NCBI GenBank assembly: GCA_965228735.1
Contig: OZ245838.1
Coordinates: forward strand, 1,216,001 to 1,280,000
Length of the DNA: 64,000 bases
DNA from: Planctomycetota bacterium
GTDB taxonomy: Bacteria > Planctomycetota > UBA1135 > UBA2386
Reading direction: 5' to 3'
Shown: positions 27,944 to 38,115 of the stretch, one piece after another
How positions within the stretch are numbered: the first letter of the stretch is position 1
Layout of the letters: every line of letters begins with the position of its first letter
Made by a program: the position numbers and the translations under genes
Notes under the pieces: model-generated
Told to the model about the DNA's origin: nothing
Databases searched by the model: none
Seen by the model: only the letters and a program-made list of their open reading frames with translations

Positions 27944-29377
27944 TCAGCGGGCGTCGCGTGCACGGTGCGCGAGGTAGCGTGCGTGCATCTCCGCCAGCAC
28001 GTCGGGCTCACGCGCGGCAACGTCGTCCCGTTCCCGCGGGTCCCGCTCGAGATCGAACAGCTGCCAGTCCGCTGCCGCTTTCGGCGCCCCGCGGCCGTAC
28101 TTCACGATCTTCCAGCGCCCATGACGCAGCGCCCAGCGATTCGTGCGTGAACCCCAGCACCAGTAGAGGTCGCGGTTGGGCAACGGCTCGCCCGTCGTGA
28201 GCCAGCCCGACAGATCGACGCCGTCCGCGGAGTCGCGGTCGAACGAACCACCGGTCCAGGTCGCGAGCGTCGGCAGCCAGTCGACGACGTGCACCGGCTC
28301 GCTCGTGACCCGGGGCGCGATCGTGCCCGGCCAGCACGCGAACGCGGGCACCCGGATGCCGCCTTCGAAGACGTCGACCTTCTTGCCGCGCAAGGTGCGC
28401 GGCTGGTTGAAGTCGGTGAGCTTCAGGTCGTCCGGATACGCGTTCCCGGGCCAGTTGATCTGCGGGCCGTTGTCCGACGTGAAGACGATGAGCGTGCGCT
28501 CGCGCAGGCCCCGGCGTTCGAGCGCGTCGACGATTCGACCGACGGCGGCATCGAGGTGGTGCACGGCGGCGAGGAACAACCGCCGCTCGGGATCCGGCTC
28601 GCGCTGGATCAACCCGTCGGGGTCGTGGAACCACTCGATCTCGTCCTCGTCGAGCCAGCGCGTCGGATCGTCGGGATCGAGCTGCGTCGGCCGCTCCACG
28701 AACGACCCGCGCTCGTCGAGCGGCGTGTGCACCGACTGGAACGGCACGTAGAGGAAGAACGGCGCATCACCCGCGGCATCGATCACGCGCACGGCCTCGC
28801 GGGCGACGAGATCGGTCGCGTGCACGCCGTTCTCGTGCTCGGGCAGCGGCTCGTGATCGCGGTGCCACGTCAGCACGAACTTGCCCTCGCGGTAGCGGTG
28901 GTCGTACATCCCGCACGCCCCGGCCAACGACCCGTAGCTCGAATCGAACCCGTGGCGGTTGGGCCCGTGCTCCGGCGCCGAGCCGAGGTGCCACTTGCCC
29001 GCGAGCGCGGTGCGGTAGCCGGCCTCGCGACAGACCAACGCCAGCGTCTCCGTGCCGAGCGGGAACGCGGGCCGGTTGCTCGCCTGCATCGCGGCGCCGC
29101 CGAAGCGCGATGGATACCGACCGGTCAGCAGCGCGACGCGCGTCGGCGTGCACTGCGGCATCGCGTAGGCCTCGTCGAACCGCACGCCTTCGCGAGCCAG
29201 GGCATCGAGGCGCGGAGAGTGGACCGCGGCGTTGTTGTAGCCGATGTCGGACCACCCCTGATCGTCGCTGACGATCAGGACGATGTTGGGTCGGCGGCCG
29301 TCCTGCGCCGGGGCGGCGGTCACTGCCAGCAGGCCGACGATGACCGCCGCCGCGCGACGAAGACGAGTGCGAACCAT
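27944..29377 (-). CDS. Secreted arylsulfatase (formylglycine-dependent, Cys-type)
   Basis: PNIVLIVSDDQG, CTPTRVALLTGRY, GKWHLG, SDNG and EGGIRVP motifs. The start could be 29389. Confidence 0.95.
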   Translation of the reverse strand: MVRTRLRRAAAVIVGLLAVTAAPAQDGRRPNIVLIVSDDQGWSDIGYNNAAVHSPRLDALAREGVRFDEAYAMPQCTPTRVALLTGRYPSRFGGAAMQASNRPAFPLGTETLALVCREAGYRTALAGKWHLGSAPEHGPNRHGFDSSYGSLAGACGMYDHRYREGKFVLTWHRDHEPLPEHENGVHATDLVAREAVRVIDAAGDAPFFLYVPFQSVHTPLDERGSFVERPTQLDPDDPTRWLDEDEIEWFHDPDGLIQREPDPERRLFLAAVHHLDAAVGRIVDALERRGLRERTLIVFTSDNGPQINWPGNAYPDDLKLTDFNQPRTLRGKKVDVFEGGIRVPAFACWPGTIAPRVTSEPVHVVDWLPTLATWTGGSFDRDSADGVDLSGWLTTGEPLPNRDLYWCWGSRTNRWALRHGRWKIVKYGRGAPKAAADWQLFDLERDPRERDDVAAREPDVLAEMHARYLAHRARDAR

Positions 29378-29428
29378 AGCGCCCGGCATCCTAAACGCCG
29401 GGCGCCACGCGCCACTCGATGTTCTGCG

Positions 29429-32329
29429 CTACCGCGCCGTGTAGACGCGCAGCTCGAGCACGCTCGCGCCCGGCTGGAGGACCTGGCGGTTGAACGTGAG
29501 CGCGAAGCGGTAGCCGTTCGCGTTGTCCGCATCGAGGCCGGTGCCGAGCGCCGAGCCGACGTAGTCGCGCCACGGGCCGATCGAGCCGGGGATCGGCTCG
29601 CCGGTTACCGGGTCGAGGGTCGCGCCCTGGAAGCGCAGATCGATCGGCGTCGTCGGCGACTTGGCCGGCAACGTGCCAGCCGCGCCGGAGTCGGTGTAGG
29701 TGATGTCGACGAAGCCATCGCCGTTGGCGTCGAAATCGAGCTCGTAGCGCGACCAGGTCGGGAACAGCCCCGGGCCGGCGGAATACCAGAGCGAACCCTG
29801 ACCGACGAACGCGTCGCGGTCGGTCAGCGTGCCCGAGTTCGCGGCCGGGCTGTACGCCGGCACGTTGCCCGTCGACTGCACGAGGACCGACCCGTTGGTC
29901 TCGAGCCGGTAGTTGCCGACCGCGCCAGCGCCGGCGGCGGCTTCGAGCGCCTGCACGTTCACCAGGCCGACGTTGTCGATCCGGCTGCCGTTGCCACCGG
30001 AGGTGTCGAGGTCGCCGAGCACGAGGATGCTGCCGCCCGACTGCAGCAGCAGGGTGCCGCCGCTGCCGCCGCCGCCCGGCGACGACAGACCCCAGTTGGC
30101 AGCCGTAGCGGTCGGGGAGTCCCGCCCGTCGATGATCGCACCTTCACCGCCGCGGGCGGTGCACTCGCCGCCGGCAGCGACGGTCACGTCGCCACCAGAA
30201 CGCAGCGCACAGGCCCCGCCGCCACCCGAGCCACCGGAGCCCGCGATGTAGACGTCGCCAGTCACGAAGATCGTCCCGAGCGCGTGGGTCGCGCCGCCGC
30301 CGCCGCCGCTGCCGCCGACGAGGTAGTGGACGAGCGACGAACCGATCTGGGTGTACGGGCCGTACGGGGTGCTCGCCGCGGGTGCCGTACCGTACTGCAG
30401 GTTCACGAGGAACGACGGCAGCGGGTTCGTGAGCAGCGCCGGCGTGCCGCCCGGCCCGCCGTAGCCACCGCCGCCGCCACCCGGCGACATGAACGCGCGG
30501 TAGACGAACGCGATCCGCGGGGTGTTCGGAGCAGCCTGGCCACTCGGCGGATTCATCGCCGATCCGCGACCGCCGCTGCCGACCGCCTGGTTGACGTAGG
30601 CGTTGCCGGCGAGCAGTCGCACGTCCTCGCCATCGGCGCCGTCGGTGAGGTTCTCACCCGCGACGATGATCGGCCCGGTGCCGCGACACTCGTCGCCGCC
30701 GCGGCCGCCGTAGCCGCCGCCCGCGCCGGGACGACCGCCGGGCTGGCCGTTGATGAACGGCGCCGTCGACGACGTGCTGCCGCGGGCGTTGAACGTCTCC
30801 ATGCCGTCCGCATCGAGACTCAACGTACCCTCGACGATGCTCTGCCCGCGCACGCGGATGACCGCCGGCGCGGAGCCGATGAAGCGCACGGTCACGTTCG
30901 CCGGGACCACGAAGTCGGTGAAGTAGTACTGTCCGTCGGTGATCGTGTAGGCGGTGCCGGTGAGCGTGCGGTCCGCGGGGATGACCGAGTTGTCGGTGTC
31001 CCAGGTGTATTCGTCGGGCCCGGTCTGGGTCCCGAGCGTCGGATCGAACGAGCCGTGCCGTCCGTCGCCGCCGATCAGACCGGGCTGCGCGCCGCCGAAC
31101 GCCCAGTCGCCGGACGACGTGAGCGGATCGAGCTGGGCGTTCGAGTTGAACGTTTCCGTGATCACGAACGTCATCGTCCCGGACTGCTTGACCGCGGCAC
31201 CGCGCGTCTCGCTGAGCACGAACGTCGACTGCAGCGTCAACGTGCCGAACTGGAACCACAGCGCGAGCTCGTCGATCACCGGATCCTGCGGGACCGTGGT
31301 CTGCACGCCGATCCGGCCGCCGCCCTGCGGCAGCAGCGGGCCGTAGAGCACGCCGAGCGCCGGATCGACGCCGAGCACGCAACCCGGTTCGAGGGCCGGA
31401 CCCGTGACGTTGCCACGCGCGAGCGACATCACGAGGAACGTCGGGCCGGTCGCGTTCGCGGCCTCGACGTAGACGTTGCCCTGCACGATGGCCGGGCCCT
31501 TGTCGATGCGCGCGCCACCGCAGTCGGGCGTCATCGCCCGGCTCAGCCGCGCCGTGTAGAGCACGGCGTTGTCGTTGTCGCCACCGACGCAGAACACGCC
31601 GAGCGGCAGGCCCTGCGGCGGCTGCCACGCATCACAACCGCGCGGCGCACCGCCGAGTGCGCCATTGTCGATCACGCCGCGCAGGTTGGGCGGCGTCGTC
31701 ACGCCGTTCGGCAGCTCGACGTATTCGTGCGCCGTGATCTGTGCCGGGTCCGCGCTGATGCGCGAACCGGTGAACGCGCCCGTCATCGTGTCGAACAACA
31801 GACCGCGCTCACTCGGCGGCACGGCGAGACCGATGCTCGTCGAGAAGTTCGTGGTGCTGTAGCCGGTCGCGGAGCCGGCGACCTGGATGCGGCCGATGCC
31901 GTCCCACGCGATGCCGGTGCCGTTCGTGCCGGTCGCGCCGATCCCGGCGAGCAGGCCGGAGGTCGCGTTGTAGGCGTGGGGGGGATTGGGGGCGGCCAAC
32001 ACCCAGACGTTGTCGTTGTTCGCGTCGTAGGTGAGGTCGGTCACCGTCGCGCTGCCGTTGAACGCGGTGTAGATCGTGCCGAGAACGGTGCCGGGCGCGG
32101 CGATCTTCACGAGCAGGATCTGGTTGCCGACCTTGCAGGTCGTCCAGTAGGCGCCGGTTGCGTCGCGGCACGCGCCCGCGACGTCGGTCGCGAGCCCGAG
32201 TCCGGGCGTCGCGCGGATCACCTGCGTCGCGGGAATGGGTTGACCGACGACCTGGCCAGCCTGGCCGATCAGCGGAACGCACGGGAGGAGAACGGCCACG
32301 AGCGTGGCCGGGGAGGGGCAGGGCATCAT
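29429..32329 (-). CDS. Large secreted multidomain protein with a glycine-rich region
   Basis: Signal peptide (ATLVAVLLPCVPLIG-Q); propeller-like N-terminal part (DLTYD, GIAWDG, GLLFD); poly-Gly motifs (GGGGGGYGG, GGSGGGGG, GGGGSGG). Confidence 0.8.
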   Translation of the reverse strand: MMPCPSPATLVAVLLPCVPLIGQAGQVVGQPIPATQVIRATPGLGLATDVAGACRDATGAYWTTCKVGNQILLVKIAAPGTVLGTIYTAFNGSATVTDLTYDANNDNVWVLAAPNPPHAYNATSGLLAGIGATGTNGTGIAWDGIGRIQVAGSATGYSTTNFSTSIGLAVPPSERGLLFDTMTGAFTGSRISADPAQITAHEYVELPNGVTTPPNLRGVIDNGALGGAPRGCDAWQPPQGLPLGVFCVGGDNDNAVLYTARLSRAMTPDCGGARIDKGPAIVQGNVYVEAANATGPTFLVMSLARGNVTGPALEPGCVLGVDPALGVLYGPLLPQGGGRIGVQTTVPQDPVIDELALWFQFGTLTLQSTFVLSETRGAAVKQSGTMTFVITETFNSNAQLDPLTSSGDWAFGGAQPGLIGGDGRHGSFDPTLGTQTGPDEYTWDTDNSVIPADRTLTGTAYTITDGQYYFTDFVVPANVTVRFIGSAPAVIRVRGQSIVEGTLSLDADGMETFNARGSTSSTAPFINGQPGGRPGAGGGYGGRGGDECRGTGPIIVAGENLTDGADGEDVRLLAGNAYVNQAVGSGGRGSAMNPPSGQAAPNTPRIAFVYRAFMSPGGGGGGYGGPGGTPALLTNPLPSFLVNLQYGTAPAASTPYGPYTQIGSSLVHYLVGGSGGGGGATHALGTIFVTGDVYIAGSGGSGGGGACALRSGGDVTVAAGGECTARGGEGAIIDGRDSPTATAANWGLSSPGGGGSGGTLLLQSGGSILVLGDLDTSGGNGSRIDNVGLVNVQALEAAAGAGAVGNYRLETNGSVLVQSTGNVPAYSPAANSGTLTDRDAFVGQGSLWYSAGPGLFPTWSRYELDFDANGDGFVDITYTDSGAAGTLPAKSPTTPIDLRFQGATLDPVTGEPIPGSIGPWRDYVGSALGTGLDADNANGYRFALTFNRQVLQPGASVLELRVYTAR

Positions 32330-32447
32330 CCGTCCTGGGGTCAGGGGTGAGGGATGGGATCGAGGGGAGCGTCCGTGACCCACTAGACCCGCGCTACCAA
32401 CGAGTTGTCAGTCGAACCAGCATCTTTTGCCGGGCGCAGACTCGCGC

Positions 32448-32476
32448 TTGATCTCGACCCCGTTCGTGACTAGGCT
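32448..32476 (+). promoter_or_regulatory. Putative sigma70-type promoter of tRNA-Val
   Basis: TTGATC-N17-TAGGCT, ending 21 nt before the tRNA. Confidence 0.6.
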
Positions 32477-32497
32477 CCCCGCCCCGCGAGGGACCCC

Positions 32498-32574
<77 letters not shown>

Positions 32575-32694
32575 CTTGCGACCTTCCTCCGAGCGCGCGG
32601 TTCGCGCGAACCCGCTAAGGAGCGTGCCCCACGGCGACGTCGCGGCACGAAGCGCGTGAGCCGCCTATCCCGAGCAGCCGCTACTCTGCTCGCC

Positions 32695-33084
32695 ATGACT
32701 TCGTGCGAGACCCCTGAACCGCCTGTCTGGCGGCAATTCGCGGTGCTCGTCTTGTCCGCCCCATCGGTCTTCCTCAGTGGGTGTGCCGGCCTGGGGTTCG
32801 GCTTCGTCGACGGGGTCAGTCCCGCCGGCCGCGCTCTTGGGTGGCTACTGCTCTTGGTATCAGCGCAGGGCGTTCTCGCGATCGCACTGGTGTGCCAAGC
32901 ACGGCGTCCGGCGCGCTGGGCACGGTGGACGCTCGTTCTCTTGAGCTTCATCGCGACTGGCGCAGCCGTGGTCATCGCCATCGACTTCCGAGACCTCGGC
33001 TGGCTGGCCGTGTCGATAGGGGGCGGCTCCATTCTGATCGCGGCCGGAGCCGGATTCTGGGTCGCCATCACGCCTCGCACCTGA
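32695..33084 (+). CDS. Small 4-TM membrane protein, unknown function
   Basis: Four hydrophobic segments. TACTCT lies 7 nt before ATG 32695. Third codon positions are less GC-biased than in neighbouring genes. Confidence 0.55.
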   Translation: MTSCETPEPPVWRQFAVLVLSAPSVFLSGCAGLGFGFVDGVSPAGRALGWLLLLVSAQGVLAIALVCQARRPARWARWTLVLLSFIATGAAVVIAIDFRDLGWLAVSIGGGSILIAAGAGFWVAITPRT

Positions 33085-33526
33085 ACTACAGAGCGGTTGC
33101 AGAGTGCGACCGTCCGCCAAGCGGCACCGGTGATGGGGTTCGAGTCCACAAGTGTAGTTGACAGAGTTCGAATCGCCCGGGATTCGTCCCGTCGAGCGCT
33201 AGCGGCTGAATGCGACGCTCGGCCCGCGACGATTGGGCCATTCTTGCCGTCGGCGGCCTCGCGATGCAGCCGCTGCCGTTCGAGATTGGCCTGCTCGCCT
33301 CGACCCGCTCGGGGCGAGCGTGATCGGACTGCACCCCCTCGACGGCACCGGGATATCAGGCTGGCCGCACGGCGTGACTCCGTAACGTCCGCCTCGGGAG
33401 CAGCTCACGTTCGAGCGGCGGACCCGTACGGCCCACAGTCTCCGACCAGGGTCAGATGCCGTCGGATCGCCCGCGATCACGGGCGCCGTCTGCGGTAGGC
33501 TGCGGGCCTCGCCACCGAGCTTGCCG

Positions 33527-34177
33527 ATGGAGTCCGAAGCCCTGCGCCTTGCCACGCGTTTGCCCGTGCCCGCTCCGGGGCGCAGCGTGCGCGTCGCGAA
33601 CGGCAGCGCGGAGCTCGTGATCGAGAACAAGCGCGGCGGGTTCGTGCTGCTGTGGCACGCGGGACGCCGCGCCGAGCGGCACGTGCTCGGGCTGCGGCGG
33701 ATCGACGCGGGCGGCGAGTTCGTGCTCGAGTTCGCGCCACCCGAGCTGCCCGTGCGCGTGATGCTGCAGGACCCCGCGGTGCTCCTGCCGCTCGCGTGGC
33801 TGCACGGCTACGTCCAGCTGCCGCTCGTGCCGACGCTGTGGTGGCGCGACGGCGTAACCGGGTCGACGAGCCAGCTGTTCGCGTTCCCGCCCCGGGATCT
33901 GGTGGCCGAATGGACCGAACGCGAGGGCACGACGTTCTGCTGGCCGTCGCCGTGGCTGTCGCGCTACCCGGTGCCCGGCGCGAGCCCGCGCGCGACCGTG
34001 CCGCTGCGGCTGCGCAACCGCACGATGGCCGTCTGCAGCACCGCGGAGATCACGCTGCACCTGCGCGCGGACCAGCTCGCCGAACGGCGGCGCGGCATCG
34101 GCGCAGCACCGCAACGCATGGACTGGAACGGCGAGGCCTGGATCCAACGGCCGGCGCGCGCGGAGGTGCCGGCATGA
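33527..34177 (+). CDS. Hypothetical protein (possibly DUF432-like)
   Basis: Coding-like bias; PVRVMLQDPAVLLP...YVQLP and RATVPLRLRNR recall DUF432 proteins. ATGA overlap with the next gene. Confidence 0.55.
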   Translation: MESEALRLATRLPVPAPGRSVRVANGSAELVIENKRGGFVLLWHAGRRAERHVLGLRRIDAGGEFVLEFAPPELPVRVMLQDPAVLLPLAWLHGYVQLPLVPTLWWRDGVTGSTSQLFAFPPRDLVAEWTEREGTTFCWPSPWLSRYPVPGASPRATVPLRLRNRTMAVCSTAEITLHLRADQLAERRRGIGAAPQRMDWNGEAWIQRPARAEVPA

Positions 34178-35898
34178 ACGTCGCCGGCGTGAGGGCTTCT
34201 GCCAAGAACGGCGCGACCGCCGCCGGTCTTGCACTCGCACTGGTGGTTTCGTTCACCGGGTGTAGCGACCCGAGCGTGGCCGAGGGCCAGGCGGAGATCG
34301 CGGCCGAACTTCGCGCGGTTCGCGCCGCGCTGCAGGCCGACCGCGCCGGCCCGGTCGCGGACACGAACGCGCCGACCGCCGACGAGAACCGCGCCGCCCT
34401 CACCGCGGCGCTCGCGCCGTTGCGCGAGGTGCTCGTGACGCTCGTGCGGGACGTCGACGAGATGCGCGCGCGCCAGCAGGCGCTGACTGGCGAGCTCAAT
34501 CGTTGGTCACAACTCCTCGCGCAGGTCGCCGCCGCGCCGCGTGCCAGCGGTCCGGAAGGCGCGGGTGGGGGAGCGAACGATGCCGCGATCCAGCAGCTGT
34601 TGACGCGCCTCGGCGAGCTCGAGTCGCAGATGAAGTCGCAGGACGACCGCCACCGCGAGGTCGAGGGCATGATCGCGACCGCGCTCGATCGGACGTCGTC
34701 GCGACTCGAGGACTTCCTGCAGCGCATGAGCGCGTTGCGGCCCGGTGGGACGGCACCCGTCGATCCTGCGAACGCGAACCCGGCGAGCGCCAGGCCGGGC
34801 AATGGTGATCCGGGCAGCGGCGATCCCGGCAGCGGCGATCCGGGACCAGGAAACGCGACGACTGGCAACCCAGCGACTGGCAACCGGGCCGCTGGCAACC
34901 CGGGCGAGACCGGCAAGAAGGAATCGTCGAGCGGCAACCCCACCGGCGGCAATCAGAACCAGGGCGGCGACAACGACGGCCTGGAGCAGGCCGGCGGCAC
35001 GGTCGGCTACGGTCCGCGGCCATCGCCGTCGTTCTGGTGGTTCGGGGTCGCCGCGGTGGCGCTGATCCTCTCCGGCATGTTCGCGCTGTGGCTCGCGCGG
35101 GAGAACCGCGCGGGTGCGACGGCGCAGCTCGACGACGACGCGGCCGGCGAGGACGGCGCGCGCGAGCTCTGGGCCGCCGCGGCGCTGCTCGGCGAAGCGG
35201 TGGGGCGGTTGCGTGATCGCGACGGCGAACCGGATGGCACGGAAACCGCGCCGAGCCCGTTCGACGCATTTGCGGCCCAGCCGACGGCGGGCGACCCCGC
35301 GTCGGATCCGATGGCGCTGCTGCAGCAGCTCGCGGGCCAGGTCGGCGAGGCGGCGCCGGACCCGCCGCCGCGCGACGATTGGCGCGAAGCGCCGGTCGCG
35401 GACGCGGCAGTTCGCGATCGGCCGCCGGACGAGACCGTGATCGAACTGGCGGAGGAGCCGGTCGCAGCCGCCGCGTTCGAACCCGCGGCGGGGGAGCCGG
35501 TTTCGGGAGAACCCGCGTTAGAGGAACCCGCCGAGGCCCCGGACGATGCAGCGATGTCGCCGGCGGGGGAAGCAGCCGCGCCCCTGGCTGCACCAGCCGA
35601 CCCCGGCGCGAAGCCCGAGCACCCTGGCACCCCGACGATCTCGCCCGCGGCCGCTGCCCCGACGCGCCAGCATGATCGGCCGCCGACGATCGAGTTCACG
35701 CTGCCCGCGACCGACCCCGCGGCCGCCGCCGTCCGCGCCGCGCAGGCGCTGACGCAGGAGCCCCGGGTGCTGCGCCGCCCGGCCGCCGAGTGCACGCCAC
35801 ACGAAACGGCGGTCCTCGTGCGCTACCACGTGGTGCCCGGCACCCCGGACATCGAACGTTCGCGGATCGAGGGCCGCGTGCGGATCGCCGTGCACTGA
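34174..35898 (+). CDS. Lipoprotein with coiled coil, low-complexity linker, internal TM helix and acidic Pro/Ala-rich tail
   Basis: LALVVSFTGC lipobox-like motif with a GGAGG SD; heptad region; GDPGS and xGNxA repeats; FWWFGVAAVALILSGMFALWL TM segment. Confidence 0.7.
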   Translation: MNVAGVRASAKNGATAAGLALALVVSFTGCSDPSVAEGQAEIAAELRAVRAALQADRAGPVADTNAPTADENRAALTAALAPLREVLVTLVRDVDEMRARQQALTGELNRWSQLLAQVAAAPRASGPEGAGGGANDAAIQQLLTRLGELESQMKSQDDRHREVEGMIATALDRTSSRLEDFLQRMSALRPGGTAPVDPANANPASARPGNGDPGSGDPGSGDPGPGNATTGNPATGNRAAGNPGETGKKESSSGNPTGGNQNQGGDNDGLEQAGGTVGYGPRPSPSFWWFGVAAVALILSGMFALWLARENRAGATAQLDDDAAGEDGARELWAAAALLGEAVGRLRDRDGEPDGTETAPSPFDAFAAQPTAGDPASDPMALLQQLAGQVGEAAPDPPPRDDWREAPVADAAVRDRPPDETVIELAEEPVAAAAFEPAAGEPVSGEPALEEPAEAPDDAAMSPAGEAAAPLAAPADPGAKPEHPGTPTISPAAAAPTRQHDRPPTIEFTLPATDPAAAAVRAAQALTQEPRVLRRPAAECTPHETAVLVRYHVVPGTPDIERSRIEGRVRIAVH

Positions 35899-36012
35899 TT
35901 CCATTTCGTGGCCGGCCCGGCGGCAATTCGACGCTCGCCGCCAACAGCCCGGCTCGCTATCGTGCTTGCCCCTCGCGCGCCCGAGACCGTCGGGCAGGAG
36001 TTGCACACACCC

Positions 36013-37119
36013 ATGATCATCGGCGTTCCCAAGGAGATCAAAGCCCAGGAGAACCGCATCGGCGCCGTCCCGGCGATGGTGCTGGACCTCGTCGGCGCGG
36101 GCCATCGCGTCCTCGTCGAGAAGGACGGCGGCCTCGGTGCCGGCATCCCCGACAGCTCGTTCCAGGAGGTCGGCGCGGAGATCCGCGACACGGCCGCCGA
36201 GATCTACGGCGAGTCGGAGATGATCATCAAGGTCAAGGAGCCGCTGCCGGACGAGTACGCGCTGATCAAGCCGGACCAGGTGCTGTTCACCTACTTCCAC
36301 TTCGCCGCGAGCCGTGAGCTCACGGACGCGATGCTGAAGTCGGGAGCGCACTGCTTCGCCTACGAGACGCTCGTCCACGACGACTCGCTGCCGCTGCTCA
36401 CGCCGATGAGCGAGGTCGCCGGCCGCATGTCGGTGCAGGTCGGCGCCGTGTGCCTCGAGAGCCACATGGGCAGCCGCGGCATCCTGCTCGGCGGCATCCC
36501 GGGCGTCGAACCGGCCAACGTCGTGATCCTCGGCGGCGGCGTCGTCGGCACCAACGCGGCCAAGATGGCGGCGGGTCTCGGCGCCGACGTGCGCCTGCTC
36601 GACATCGACCTCGAACGGCTGCGCTACCTCGCCGACGTCATGCCGGCGAACGTCACGCTGCTGCACAGCTCGCCGATCTCGATCCGCGAACAGATCGAAC
36701 AGGCCGACCTCGTGATCGGCGCCGTCCTCGTGCAGGGCGCGCGCGCGCCGCGCCTCGTGCGCCGCGAGGACCTCGCGTCGATGAAGGACGGTGCGGTCGT
36801 CGTCGACGTCGCCGTCGACCAGGGCGGCTGCATCGAGACCTGCCGTCCGACGACGCACGCCGATCCGACCTACGTCGTCGACGGCGTGCTGCACTACTGC
36901 GTCGCGAACATGCCGGGCGCCGTGCCGCGCACGTCGACGTTCGGCCTGACCAACGCGACGGGGCCCTACGCGCGCAAGCTCGCCAAGCTCGGCGCGGCCG
37001 AGGCCGTGAAGGACCCGGCGCTGCGCACGGCGGCCAACGTCCTCGCCGGCAAGTGCACGCACTCCGCGGTCGCCGAGGCGTTCGACCTCGAGTACACGCC
37101 GCCGGCCGACATCTTCTAG
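36013..37119 (+). CDS. ald: Alanine dehydrogenase
   Basis: [46 protein letters not shown] and [16 protein letters not shown] motifs. Confidence 0.97.
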   Translation: MIIGVPKEIKAQENRIGAVPAMVLDLVGAGHRVLVEKDGGLGAGIPDSSFQEVGAEIRDTAAEIYGESEMIIKVKEPLPDEYALIKPDQVLFTYFHFAASRELTDAMLKSGAHCFAYETLVHDDSLPLLTPMSEVAGRMSVQVGAVCLESHMGSRGILLGGIPGVEPANVVILGGGVVGTNAAKMAAGLGADVRLLDIDLERLRYLADVMPANVTLLHSSPISIREQIEQADLVIGAVLVQGARAPRLVRREDLASMKDGAVVVDVAVDQGGCIETCRPTTHADPTYVVDGVLHYCVANMPGAVPRTSTFGLTNATGPYARKLAKLGAAEAVKDPALRTAANVLAGKCTHSAVAEAFDLEYTPPADIF

Positions 37120-37155
37120 CGGGCTTCCCCGACGGCCTTCCGCACGTCACCGAAC

Positions 37156-38094
37156 ATGAACGCGGCGCTGCCGGATTCGGTGATGGGGGAGCCGGCGCTG
37201 CCAGAATCGGCGATGCAGGAATCCACGATGCAGGGCGCCGAGGCTGCCGCGGGCGGCCCGGACCTGCTCGAAGCCGTGTGGCTCGGCCTCGTCGAGGGCA
37301 TCACGGAGTTCCTGCCGGTGTCGAGCACCGGCCACCTCATCGTGGCACAGCGCGCCCTCGGGCTCGGCCAGGACGAGGCCAACAACCTGTTCGCGGTCGG
37401 CATCCAGATCGGCGCGATCACGGCGATCCTCGTGCTCTACTGGCGGCGCCTGCTCGACGCGCTACGCACGTGCCTGCGGCCGACCTCGCGCGGCGACGCC
37501 GACGGCGAGACGCAGCGCAACCTGCTGTGGCAGATCGGCGTCGCCGCGCTGCCGGCCGTGGTGTTCGGCCTGCTGCTCGAGGACTGGATCGACGAACACC
37601 TGTTCAGCTCGCGCGTCGTCGCCGTCACGATGATCTTCGGCGGCGTGCTGCTGATGCTGCTCGAACGGATGATCAAGGGCCGCACGTGGGCGCGCGAGGA
37701 CCTCGCGACCATGAGCTACATGACCGCGCTCGGCATCGGCATGTTCCAGTGCCTGGCGCTGATCCCGGGCACGTCGCGATCCGGAGCGACGATCGCCGGC
37801 GCGATGCTGCTCGGCATGTCGCGCACGGCGGCGGCCGAGTTCTCGTTCCTCGTCGGCCTGCCGATCCTCTACGGCGCCGCGGGCTACAAACTCGTCAAGT
37901 CGGGGCACACGCTCGACGGGGACGCGCTGCCGCCGTTCCTCGTCGGCACCGCGGTGTCGTTCGTCGCCGCGATCGTCGTCGTCAAACCGTTCGTCGCGTT
38001 CTTGCGTCGACACACGTTCGCGCCGTTCGCGTGGTATCGGATCGCGGCCGGCGCCGTGCTCGCGTACTGCTGCTGGACGGGCTTCGTCGACTGA
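37156..38094 (+). CDS. uppP: Undecaprenyl-diphosphatase (BacA/UppP)
   Basis: GLVEGITEFLPVSSTGH, IQIGAI, PGTSRSGATI and AEFSF motifs. The true start may be a later ATG (e.g. 37228), because the N-terminus overlaps a 15-bp repeat. Confidence 0.95.
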   Translation: MNAALPDSVMGEPALPESAMQESTMQGAEAAAGGPDLLEAVWLGLVEGITEFLPVSSTGHLIVAQRALGLGQDEANNLFAVGIQIGAITAILVLYWRRLLDALRTCLRPTSRGDADGETQRNLLWQIGVAALPAVVFGLLLEDWIDEHLFSSRVVAVTMIFGGVLLMLLERMIKGRTWAREDLATMSYMTALGIGMFQCLALIPGTSRSGATIAGAMLLGMSRTAAAEFSFLVGLPILYGAAGYKLVKSGHTLDGDALPPFLVGTAVSFVAAIVVVKPFVAFLRRHTFAPFAWYRIAAGAVLAYCCWTGFVD

Positions 38095-38115
38095 CGGCCC
38101 GCCGCGGCTTGCCGA

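Noticed and set aside
28289..32350. Very long alternative ORFs (e.g. 28289-32350 +, 22749-25910 +, 24775-27528 -, 51385-54099 +, 60503-63193 -)
   Set aside because: These are shadow frames typical of high-GC DNA. They are Arg/Ala/Gly-rich, have no motifs, and overlap well-supported genes on the other strand or frame.
33078..33164. Possible integron attC site or second tRNA after the 4-TM gene
   Set aside because: The ends (CCTGAAC / GTTGACA) do not fit RYYYAAC / GTTRRRY, I could not build a cloverleaf, and there is no integrase in the window.
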